Assembly: GCA_002633005.1 (NCBI GenBank)
Contig: NMRA01000588.1
Span: forward strand, 198,302-262,301
Reading direction: 5' to 3'
Source of the DNA: Phoronis australis
Taxonomy: Eukaryota > Animalia > Phoronida
Length of the DNA stretch: 64,000 nucleotides
In this document: positions 42,101 to 50,049 of the stretch, in pieces
Layout of the letters: the number at the start of each line of letters is the position of its first letter
Position numbering within the stretch: the stretch's first letter is position 1
Notes under the pieces: model-generated
Databases searched by the model: none
Told to the model about the DNA's origin: nothing
The model's input: only the letters and a program-made list of their open reading frames with translations
Translations under genes and position numbers: made by a program

Positions 42101-44549
42101 TGTCTAGGTGCAAGTTCAAGTCGTTCATATCACCCGTCCACTGACCAGTCTCCTCCGCAGACTAGTCCCAACAGTGCATCATATCGTTCCCGCCTGTATG
42201 GAACTCCCCCGACACGAGACGAACGACCGTCTTCGCGAGGCGAAGGGGTGAACTCAAGGACCTCGCCTGTCTATAGGCCGTCAACTCATTCCTCACCACG
42301 TGGTCTGCCACCAGGTGGTGCCACAGCCAGGAGGTGAGTGTGATTAGCAGAAAGCCATGCAGTAATGCCAGTCTTGTTGGTGAAATTTTACCATGATCCT
42401 TCTTTGTAACTTCTGAGAATGATTTTATGAGACCTGTTAAGTTTTCGTGCTTCAAGGATGTGTTAGTTCACTTGTATTTCTGTACCATAACTTTTACCAA
42501 ATTTGGACTTGGTTTTTAATTTAAATGTTTGGCACCAGGTTTCTGTCTGTAAGTGGTGTCAAGGTGGCCAAAATTACCTTGATCACGTCAAAGGTAATGC
42601 TGCCACTTGATTGGCTGTTTAATCAGTACCCTACAACACTGACATTGATATGTTACGAAATGTTACTCTGGTTATCAGCAGTTGTTGAGCTTGGAGTATT
42701 TGTGTTTTACTATTGTTTGTTATTTAGCTGAGGGGACCATAAATCACAGCATTTAGTGGTCCTCCACTGTAACTGGAATTGTTTGCTAATTCTCACTGGT
42801 CACCAGGCATTATGCGCTCGACTCAAAACATTTTATTTGCAACCTGACTATTTAATTTTTTAATAGCGAAAATGTTGTACTGTATACGATCTGCTATAAA
42901 CCCATGAGTTTGCAATTGAGGAACTCCAAAAATGAGAATAGTGACGCTTTTACCTGGGTGAGCAAAAAACTTTTTTGTGCTTACATGGATTGTATATAAT
43001 TCCATTAGAAATTGGTTCATAAAGATGACTGAGCTTGTATCGTGATCTCCATGAATGCATGCTGTCAGGCTACATGAAGTATCAGATTTGGACTAACCAT
43101 GATGAGGCGAAAGTTGGAATTGAGACTGATTTTGACGTAGACTGAGTAGTTAGGGAAGACGGGCTTATACTCAAATAGGTGACCTTATACGCGAGACAAA
43201 ATGCCAGCTTAATTTTGCTTTGTTTCAATTAGGCAAATCATTCCTATTGGTGATGATGGTAATGATGAGGATGACTACATACGTAGGCTTGAGAATCTTC
43301 AAGCCCGTCTTGGTGCTAACGGTCAGTATTTCATTCCTCCTTATTTTATCAGGTAACTGGCTTTTGTTCCTTGTAATATTGAGCCCAAACGGCTAATAAA
43401 TATCAAATTTTCTATTTCATATGACACTTCCTCCTTAATCTTTATTCTGCTGTCGTCTTTCTTCTTCATTTTGTGTTTGCAAATGTTTGATTTTTCTAGA
43501 ATACATTCTGGTTTGCAAGCAGTGCGATGACAGCATTTTACTACTTGGAAACTTTAAGTGGTTTCACACAGTAATGGTGTCTTTTCACCTCATAGAAGAG
43601 ATGCAGTTTCAAATAATCTTTGTTGGTTAATATACTTATCTTGATTGAACTATGTTGTGTAATGTTTAATGTGATGGACTTGTTGGATAGTGTTTAAAAT
43701 ATGGAGGCTATTTCATGTAAAGTGGCTTGATATTAAAATGTGAAATTTTGACTTGTGCTCCCTCTTCAGAACTACGAAGTAAAGTTTTTGCAAGTGCCAG
43801 AACATCACAGTGTAGGAATTATAGTAAATGAAAAATATTTGTGAAACTAGCAATTTTTTGTATCCCTTGTACTTTTTCTGAGGTGAGATAAAATTTATTT
43901 TCAGAAATAGTTGTGTGGAGCGTAAGACAACATTTCTTGAGTGTTGAGTCGCATTTTGTGGAGCAGAGCCATCATGTAGTAAAACATCACTTATGAAAAA
44001 TATTTTATTATTGGATGCATTTCAACCCTGCCTACAATTCTAAAAAAATTGTGAAATAATGTTGATTAACTCCACAGCCAACATTTATTTCGTGGTTTCA
44101 ATGTAAATTACATGTAGTTCTGGTTTCTTGTACCACATGTCAAAATTACACAAAAAGTGCGAAAATTACGCAATATCTGCGGAAAAAAAAGTGTAACTTC
44201 CATAGGTTTTGCAAAGCATTACACTAAATTCCAGGAATTCTGCATGCTGCAGTTGTCTTTGCAGGGCAAAACTGAATTTTTAATTAAGAAAACGCCACTG
44301 TGAATGTAAATTTGGAAGGGCAAATTGTTTTTACAAACCATTTTATGACTTTGAAACTTAAAAAGTGCAGATTCATTCTGCGCATTTTGAGACTAGTATT
44401 TATTCTGCCCTACATGTCTTTAAAAAAGTTAAAAATACACTTAGTCTCGCTACTAGATTGTCCTAAGTTACTGAGATTTTAGGTTAATATGCCTACTTGG
44501 ATATGTCTTATCCAGTTATGAGTGGAATATTTCTCTTGCAGCTGACTAA
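1..44549 (+). CDS. AKAP9: AKAP9/pericentrin-family (PACT-domain) centrosomal coiled-coil protein, 5'-partial, 36 exons in window
   Basis: Phase-consistent GT-AG exon chain. Peptides resemble recalled AKAP9/PCNT blocks: ARELLALELNKAEGLIEGF, DWRSDL...DRQSLLSE, LNERVLKQNAELTNYV, PACT YGKYLKAESFRKALVYQKRYL...RFRSAVRVVIAVSRLKFLVSKW, DYIRRLENLQARLG. Likely co-ortholog of vertebrate AKAP9 and PCNT. Confidence 0.93.
653..865 (+). CDS. AKAP9: exon 2
   Basis: tttag acceptor; GLIEGFEAERQQTMTTIQ...GQEEQ; donor GTATGT. Confidence 0.92.
739..2294. repeat. n-joined near-identical tandem pair (739-1515 / 1517-2294), likely uncollapsed haplotypes
   Basis: Single n at 1516; second copy restarts mid-exon without an acceptor. 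Confidence 0.85.
3494..3726 (+). CDS. AKAP9: exon 3
   Basis: ccag acceptor; ELLRETSQLRQEK...LEKQLKASKKFIE; donor GTGATT. Confidence 0.92.
3703..4045 (+). repeat. degenerate minisatellite seeded at the exon 3 donor junction
   Basis: Recurrent gagctagcaaga..ttcattg..gtgatttagta motif. Confidence 0.7.
4148..4453 (+). CDS. AKAP9: exon 4
   Basis: ttacag; EQTQEREQEREEFQREIDRLE...QQVE; GTTAGA. Confidence 0.92.
5098..5172 (+). CDS. AKAP9: exon 5
   Basis: tttcag; KLKEADAALKAHQVELEKLQKDEVQ; GTTAGT. Confidence 0.88.
5353..5424 (+). CDS. AKAP9: exon 6
   Basis: ttttag; KLRDAESKIVEKEAQLDSFKQEME; GTTTGT. Confidence 0.88.
6499..6684 (+). CDS. AKAP9: exon 7
   Basis: ccaag; EMAQEKDALHHQVCDQLLQLSALR...RKSSE; GTACGA. 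Confidence 0.88.
7367..7540 (+). CDS. AKAP9: exon 8 (haplotype A copy)
   Basis: cctag; AAELVDQLEAFRQQ...TNEGLT; GTAAGG. Confidence 0.85.
7560..7923 (+). mobile_element. DINE-1/HINE-like (Helentron-associated) non-autonomous element, 5' part, cut by contig end
   Basis: Inserted in a T-run; 5' hairpin ATGCGCCCACATAT-TT-ATATGTGGACGCAT; (GTCC)n microsatellite; absent in the other copy at ~8950. Confidence 0.75.
8764..8937 (+). CDS. AKAP9: exon 8 (haplotype B copy; redundant in assembly)
   Basis: Near-identical to 7367-7540 with an L/H difference; intact splice sites. Confidence 0.7.
9499..9633 (+). CDS. AKAP9: exon 9
   Basis: tccag; EEINALRVQAD...DKNAEIEHLTQELERLRGEVQQ; GTGAGT. Confidence 0.9.
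9634..9845 (+). repeat. G-rich degenerate repeat (cactgggagg-like units)
   Basis: Many GGG/GGGG runs directly after the exon 9 donor. Confidence 0.65.
10293..10439 (+). CDS. AKAP9: exon 10
   Basis: caacag; ADQLPKDQ...RAEVDHLNEFQ; GTGCAT. Confidence 0.88.
11308..11355 (+). CDS. candidate 48-nt cassette microexon
   Basis: Long polypyrimidine tract + tttttag; TVARSDRINPEDYSDL; donor GTACTC; phase 0-0. Confidence 0.5.
13350..13752. repeat. 56-bp minisatellite, ~7 units + partial
   Basis: Unit starts at 13461, 13517, 13573, 13629, 13685, 13741. Confidence 0.9.
14464..14589 (+). CDS. AKAP9: exon 11 (haplotype A copy)
   Basis: tttcag; VKLQEDFDLVQNMLEEKQQE...LESMQ; GTGGGT. Confidence 0.85.
15371..15828. 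repeat. 56-bp minisatellite, ~8 units + partial (other haplotype)
   Basis: Unit starts at 15481, 15537, 15593, 15649, 15705, 15761, 15817. Confidence 0.9.
16538..16663 (+). CDS. AKAP9: exon 11 (haplotype B copy; redundant in assembly)
   Basis: Same peptide as 14464-14589, synonymous differences only. Confidence 0.7.
17539..17652 (+). CDS. AKAP9: exon 12
   Basis: accag; LQWNAEKLQWEK...NEQLEEQ; GTTGGT. Confidence 0.88.
18501..18605 (+). CDS. AKAP9: exon 13
   Basis: caacag; KAKLTSHNEEL...HRNEQ; GTAGGA. Confidence 0.88.
18942..19970 (+). CDS. AKAP9: exon 14 (1,029-nt E/K-rich coiled-coil exon)
   Basis: ttcag; matches the 357-aa ORF 18930-20003; IEELTSEVKK...NLEEQLQ; GTACCT. Confidence 0.93.
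19248..19379 (+). repeat. coding 33-bp (11-aa) tandem repeat, 4 units
   Basis: EKLEEQKEELS/EKFDVQREELS/EKLEVQREELS/QKLEEQRKEVG. Confidence 0.85.
20388..20546 (+). CDS. AKAP9: exon 15
   Basis: ttatag; DCNFAVQKLNSDLKNR...RSLEQ; GTAAAT. Confidence 0.88.
20740..20841 (+). CDS. AKAP9: exon 16
   Basis: ctgtag; VVQELREELGQEHQQH...TRLEE; GTAGAT. Confidence 0.88.
21179..21347 (+). CDS. AKAP9: exon 17
   Basis: ttccag; ADIYYSQQMAELK...IIKGE; GTGAGA, phase 1. Confidence 0.88.
22315..22586 (+). CDS. AKAP9: exon 18 (disordered linker)
   Basis: tcacag; ASEGDSLSHVDEQLQAEL...DELLPQLR; GTATGT. Confidence 0.88.
23124..23327 (+). CDS. AKAP9: exon 19
   Basis: tatcag; TGMTNLNGEAVQ...AWEREKRSLLESIKSLKDLV...DKR; GTAAAA. 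Confidence 0.9.
23896..24020. repeat. degenerate ~43-bp tandem repeat, 3 units
   Basis: tagagagcactgttt..tgtag.cct...gtgatcaaca repeated. Confidence 0.65.
24522..24554 (+). CDS. candidate 33-nt cassette microexon
   Basis: ttttttcctag acceptor; DFYDSDFDVYE; donor GAG|GTAATC; phase 0-0. Confidence 0.55.
25031..25204 (+). CDS. AKAP9: exon 20
   Basis: ttctag; PSDHESEDWRSDLICCVGRVF...NKVRQQ; GTTTGT. Confidence 0.9.
26528..26723 (+). CDS. AKAP9: exon 21
   Basis: ccttaag; ERHQADALDKLLSTDRQSLLSE...HLKRQ; GTAATG. Confidence 0.9.
27075..27601 (+). mobile_element. older copy of the same DINE-1/HINE-like family
   Basis: Shares ttcggacggatccgactaccggtgtgcccc..gtggcaattttagttttttacg; 3' subTIR GTGGGCGCAT (27566-27575), short hairpin CAATGC-tcc-GCGTTG, then T-run. 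Confidence 0.75.
27735..27957 (+). CDS. AKAP9: exon 22
   Basis: atccag; VTLTEYKVQQEQ...ELNNV; GTAAGC, phase 2. Confidence 0.9.
29795..29945 (+). CDS. AKAP9: exon 23
   Basis: acacag; SALEEERMKTGQ...EGYTVE; GTAAGG. Confidence 0.9.
30316..30527 (+). CDS. AKAP9: exon 24
   Basis: ttctag; RLQLEYEGEKEK...DMEKAKNMEIQ; GTGAAT. Confidence 0.9.
30958..31141 (+). CDS. AKAP9: exon 25
   Basis: acacag; ALDREQTLSSQLK...EREKYK; GTACAT. Confidence 0.9.
31539..31649 (+). CDS. AKAP9: exon 26
   Basis: cttcag; ITSLSASLDMEKAQNME...VESLQ; GTAGGC. Confidence 0.9.
32032..32241 (+). CDS. AKAP9: exon 27
   Basis: cttcag; NQRQELQRQAEFEK...EEERRKA; GTAAGA. Confidence 0.9.
32544..32824 (+). CDS. AKAP9: exon 28
   Basis: tttcag; NELNLEIQILRQKL...DTAQSA; GTAGGA, phase 2. 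Confidence 0.9.
33185..33269 (+). CDS. AKAP9: exon 29
   Basis: tttcag; ISSTISPSLHDIMDELRQMKTLLSTDTE; GTATTG. Confidence 0.88.
34751..34906 (+). CDS. AKAP9: exon 30
   Basis: ccacag; AVQPIVSGLNERVLKQNAELTNYVAALSEDK...FRQKQ; GTAGCT. Confidence 0.92.
38115..38309 (+). CDS. AKAP9: exon 31
   Basis: tttcag; SSLSPGG...NEREAWSLERQRLTSALREAEKE...DREK; GTACCT. Confidence 0.9.
39353..39591 (+). CDS. AKAP9: exon 32, PACT domain core
   Basis: ctgcag; IQRVYGKYLKAESFRKALVYQKRYLISLIGGFRECE...RFRSAVRVVIAVS; GTAATG. Confidence 0.96.
40542..40621 (+). CDS. AKAP9: exon 33, end of PACT domain
   Basis: gtgcag; RLKFLVSKWRRAMKIGSPVVSGALQNP; GTAAGT. Confidence 0.93.
40589..41999. repeat. n-joined pair (40589-41291 / 41293-~41999), likely haplotypes
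   Basis: n at 41292; second copy starts mid-exon 33. Confidence 0.85.
42108..42333 (+). CDS. AKAP9: exon 34 (S/P/R-rich tail)
   Basis: gtctag; GASSSRSYHPSTDQSPPQ...GGATAR; GTGAGT. Confidence 0.88.
43233..43321 (+). CDS. AKAP9: exon 35
   Basis: aattag; QIIPIGDDGNDEDDYIRRLENLQARLGAN, resembles the AKAP9 C-terminal DYITRLEALQRRLG; GTCAGT. Confidence 0.88.
44542..44549 (+). CDS. AKAP9: probable terminal coding segment (A-D-stop)
   Basis: ttctcttgcag acceptor, phase-1 compatible, TAA at 44547-44549. Confidence 0.55.
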
Positions 44550-45985
44550 GGACTATCATCCACAAGTAGATGGTAACCCTGGTTACAACCTACCAGTCTG
44601 ACAGCAGTGACTTTACAACATTCCAGCATTTAGTGTTCAGTAACAGGTCTTTCTACTGAGCCAGTGTACTCGACCATTTTCTCATAATGGCAACTGTTAC
44701 TCATTCCTTGAACCCTCTTGGGTCTGTTTACACCAACCTCTTACTTACATCATACATTGTGTCCAAAGTTGTTGAGGTGATGGAGTATGAAGATTCCAGA
44801 ATGATAGCTCGAAAATCATTTCAGTATTTGGTGCCGATATCTTGATGGGTACAGATGAAAATACTGATAAGTTTTAGTTGCATTTCCACTCTGTTTTTAT
44901 ATCTGTGTTGCGACAGTGGTTGTACATGTAACAGTGGTTGGTATAGGTCTTGCCTGGTAGAACTGATGAAATGACAATTACTGTGTCAGCATTATACATT
45001 TTGATAATTTTACTTGAAAGGTGCTGCAGAAATATAGTTTCTTTAATTTGCAAAGGTGCAGTTATGAAGGGAGGAGGTGAGCACTCACCTGGTGTTACTA
45101 GTGAAAAATGCCAGGACGTTTTTGTCATTTTGATGAAAAACTTAAGGATACAACTCCTTGAATGCATGGTTTTGTGTGATGGGATGGTTGTTTCATTGGA
45201 GTAGCCTGTTGGACATAAAGCTCCTAATTTCAATGGCTATATCTGGAGAAATGCTTTCAGAAAAAAACTTGCTTTAGGTGAAGTACGCCTTGACACTGTC
45301 AGCATGCCTGCGTGCCCGACTGCAAACATTTTTATTTCATATAAGTATGACGACAATGTTCCCATGATCTCCACAGGGGCACTGGAATTCCTTTGTGTTG
45401 TAGATGCCAATAGTGCCATTCAGATTGTGTTTGTGTGTCATTTTGTTTGAACTAGCAGGCGTGTTTTGTTACTTTGTTTAGTTGTGTTATTTTTTTTTTT
45501 AATCCTTTTCATTGAAACCATAGTGTCACAGTGTAGGGCTGGATGTTTTAGGGATATTGCATCTGGACCACCTGTGTTGGAAACATTCGATTGGTGTTTT
45601 TCCAAATTCTATTGGCACCTTCTTGATTTAGACAGTTGTGGTTGTGAATGTATACCTATGTGGGACTTGTTTTAAACATTGCTGGAAGAACAGGAACACT
45701 GAAGCATGTGGACAAACAAAGTATTGTGTAGGAATGCCTTGATAGTTATTTTGCTGGATAAGATTGTCTATGTTTTACTGAGAGTGGGCTTTGCAATTGT
45801 TTAAATTCTAGTAGTAACTGCTTCTGGGAGAAACATCTCCCTGATAGACTATTAATTGTAAATGGTGGAACCAGTTGCTGATAAATTATGTGCAGTGCAA
45901 ATATTATCAAGAGATTGATTAAATTTATTTTCGTGACTATTTATTATTTTATTCCAACAAAAATAAATCTTTTCACTTTACCTTG
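44550..45985 (+). other. probable 3' UTR with AATAAA at 45962-45967
   Basis: U/G-rich non-coding stretch after the stop, ending in AATAAA followed by a T-rich element. Confidence 0.5.
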
Positions 45986-47463
45986 TTCATGTCTGCCAAA
46001 TATCGAAGCTTTTTATTCAATAGGTTGGCCACATTTCCGGTGCATCTGTTTTCCTGTGTAATGTTACATGGGATACTCCATTCTGTAGTCTGTTATGGTC
46101 TATGTACCTACTAGACGCATGTTTTAAAAGATGGAGTAGATCGAAAATGCTCCCATGATTCTGCACGCTCCACAAAATGTGTCATTTCAGGCCCCGGTCA
46201 ACATGGGGGCACGCATACCCTAAACAAGACCCTCACTCACATGGGGGAAGGTTGCCTGTGCCTCCTGAGAGGAGAATTTTTTATGATGAGGGGAAAATAC
46301 CCTCCCCTCCTGTGCGTGTGTCGGAATATGGCTACTCAAAGTAGGTTGTGAACCCAGGACTGAAGTGTACGTCTTTGCTCAGTCCTATGTGACAATGCGA
46401 TGGCCTCATACAAAAACTAGTTGGGTTGACCCAAAACACGATGGCCGGCGTTGTATCGGACTTTCTAAGAGACTTGCTTTGAAAGTAGATCCCGATGTGT
46501 TCCGCCATTGTGTTTTGAACACTGGCCTAGCTGTTTAAGGTCCGGCGGATCAGTTTTTAGATGCGGCCATCTGGTTTTGAGGAACCGGATATCGTGTTTT
46601 GAGGTCCGATCACCAACCGTTAGAACACTGGCCATTGGGTCGTTGCAGTACAACCAGCTGCTTTTGAAGTCCTACCAATTGTCGATTCCCCCTTGGTCAT
46701 GGGCGAATGAAAGTTTCCGCTGGGCAAGATCTTTGAACTCACTTCATTGACTCTCAGTCACTGACGCACACTCGGTACAAAGCGTGGCGCATGCGCTCAA
46801 AAACACGACTCCAGTATCTGGTTGCATGAAACTTTCCCACAGTAGGAACTGGTCCAAGTTCCCTAAATGCATTGCGTATTTGTGGACTGTGGGAACACTC
46901 GTTGTCCTTTCTTGTACTAATTCAATTTTAATAAACACGTTTTTGCTTTTAGAACAAATCGAGACTGAACTGTACGCTGATTGTTCAATATAATTGAAGA
47001 TTGAGTCCAAGCTGGAGTTCAACGTTTACTGTTAGTTGTATTGATTTAAATGTTATTAGTAAAAGAGGAGCTCAAACGAAAAAGAAAAAGATTACATCTA
47101 TGCACAAAGAACGACACAAACACGGAAATATGTAAGGAACTTAGTTGAGTCCCTATTTAGGACTGTACCGTAAACTATCCCCGGTACTTTAGTAAACACT
47201 GCTCGCGGACGCTTCACCGAGTACGTCGTGCACACGATTATTAAATTATCTGAGTCGGCGCCAGTCGCATTTTTGGAGCATAATCCGTGCTTAATAACAT
47301 GTGCGGAGCTGTGATCGTGGGTCAATGACGGAGCCGAGCTGACAGGTCAGTGAGGCATGTTGTTCTTGTAGCCTGTATGTTTCCTCGTGTTTACGCAGCA
47401 TGTTTTACACAAGCAGGCAGATAAAAATTCACAGATACGATTAGTGGTGTTTGGGTGTAAAGA

Positions 47464-48174
47464 TGGTGCTTTTGACAGCGCTGTGGTGTGCTATGAAACT
47501 CATTCTGGCCACTGCTGAAAATGTGGCCAGCGATTTAAGCAAGAACTTCGAATTTTGTTACCATTCACTAGATCAGTGGTTAAGTATAAGTCTGTAAACC
47601 AAATCATTGAACTATTTAAGAGCTGAGTATTGGGTAAAGGGTACTAAATTATTGTCTATTTGCAAAGTTTAGGTTGTTGATGTGGCACACTGAACGATTG
47701 AAGGGAATTCTATGTTTCTCAGTAGTGGAAAATGTGAATTATAATTTTCAGTAAACAAATTATGTTTGGATTCGAACCTATTATTAAAAGTAGAAACATT
47801 GCTAAGCATTAAAAATTCNTGGTGCTTTTGACAGCGCTGTGGTGTGCTATGAAACTCATTCTGGCCACTGCTGAAAATGTGGCCAGCGATTTAAGTAAGA
47901 ACTTCGAATTTTGTTACCATTCACTAGATCAGTGGTTAAGTATAAGTCGGTAAACCAAATCATTGAACTATTTAAGAGCTGAGTATTGGGTAAAGGGTAC
48001 TAAATTATTGTCTATTTGCAAAGTTTAGGTTGTTGATGTGACACACTGAACGATTGAAGGGAATTCTATGTTTCTCAGTAGTGGAAAATGTGAATTATAA
48101 TTTTCAGTAAACAAATGATGTTTGGATTCGAACCTATTATTAAAAGTAGAAACATTGCTAAGCATTAAAAATTC
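47464..48174. repeat. n-joined pair (47464-47818 / 47820-48174)
   Basis: n at 47819; only a few substitutions. Confidence 0.85.
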
Positions 48175-48382
48175 CTTCAGATTAAGTAGTCAACATTTAT
48201 TCTTGGAAATAACCCCCCCCCCCCTTTCAAGAAAGCATTTTTTTACCTAAGATTTTCTCAACTTTAATATGTAGGACGTTTGAAAACTGGCCAAAATTTG
48301 GCCCCACACAATAATGGGAGACTTCTTTTTGGCATTGTAAAATGGCTTCCTATTCATAAGTAATTGTATAAAATATCTTGAA

Positions 48383-48535
48383 CAGTGGCAGATTTAGAGG
48401 GGGGCCAAGGGGGCCATGCCCCCCTAAAATTCTCAAGATTCCATTGGGCAGTTCGGTAGTGCCAATGTCTAACAGGCAAAATCCTGGCTAATACTCTGCC
48501 CTGCCCCCCAACTCAAAATCCTGGATCCGCCCATG
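48383..48535. mobile_element. MITE with imperfect TIRs (CAGTGGCAGATTT...GGATCCGCCCATG), hAT-like
   Basis: Terminal inverted repeats and inner G-run/C-run symmetry; no clean target-site duplication seen. Confidence 0.6.
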
Positions 48536-48538
48536 GTG

Positions 48539-48828
48539 AATGTGGTCGCGAAAAACGTTAGAGCCACATGGAGAACTCGAGCATAAGTTGCGTTGACAAA
48601 CTATATTTGTTTCCTTCTTATAGTTACTCGGTTCAACTGTAACATACAAAAAACGTTCTATGAGACAATTGAACAATACNAACAACAATGTGGTCGCGAA
48701 AATCGTTAAAGCCACATGGAGAACTCGAGTATAAGTTGCGTTGACAAACTTTATTCGTTTCTTTCTTATAGTTACTCGGTTCAACTGTAACATACAAAAA
48801 AACGTTCTAAGAGACAATTGAACAATAC
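48539..48828. repeat. n-joined pair (~48539-48679 / ~48687-48828)
   Basis: n at 48680. Confidence 0.8.
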
Positions 48829-50049
48829 GTTGGTCGTTTACAAAGTTACAATACCAATATTAAACATTGCATATATTCTTATTCGGACAACGTCAAACTA
48901 CTTGAGGCAACGCTAATTAAAGTTGCAGAGTACGCGTTACAATTACGTTGAAATACTGACTATGTACTGTAACAAAACTAAGTACAAAGTACTTCCACCA
49001 ATTTGCGGCATAGATCACGACTAAACTCAAAACTCAAGATACATGTACGGACGTTGAAGCACGAATGAGCTAAGCTGGCGCGCGTTACAGCTATAAACTA
49101 TGGTGTGCCGAGCAGTTACAATGTATACATCTGCAAAATTCTATTGAAGAATTAGTCACGTGGAAAATATACGCGGTAGAAGCTGGAGAGCAAACACATA
49201 AACCACCAACAGATGGCGAATATAGTCAGACTACAAACACAAGAGTGCGTCGGCACTTACATGTACATGTAGTAACCATTTAAAGGGTGTGCAAGAGTTG
49301 AACAGCCTTTAAACTTAAGTTTGTTTACAAATGACCTCAGTTCCAACCACTGCCAATCGTGATTCTTGGATCTACATGTAACTACTCATTCTTAGGGATG
49401 GACAACATCTGGGGCACGGTTCGGGGCTACGACGACCAATGGTACTTTTAAATTTAAGAAAACTAAACGGGACTGTCTGGCTTGGTGAAGACTGGCAAGT
49501 ACAGGGTTGCCTTCTAACTACTATACATGTACATTTAGTTTTAACCGGAAGTGTGCGCGGCTCTGTTGGGTGAGGTTGAGGCGCAGCCGCCCTAAACTAC
49601 CACAGTCACGCTGTGGAATGATGCGAACTTGATGCATGAATGGATTTGATGAATGTATCTTGTCTCATAATTCATCAGTATTCCTAATTTATATTCTATT
49701 AAAGGGATTTTATGATGATTTAAGCAATCCTAGTTCTGTTATCTGCTATGCATCACTGACGTCAAACTATACTAAATCCGGTTTTAGTCCGTCAACAGAC
49801 TCGATCCAAAAATTACTAAAACTGTGCCTTTCGAGGTTTATGATGAAGATAATTCAGTTCGCACGAATCCGAATTTGGTACGTAATAAATGGATGACAGA
49901 GTATCAATATCTTTACTCAGGTTTTGTTCCAGAATTTCCCTTTGATAATAAATTTCATTAGAACCATTTACAAGCCACAGAATACATTCAAGGTTTAATG
50001 TCGTCCCCTGACTACAAACATGTGTATGCAATGACGAACGGAACTCTTT

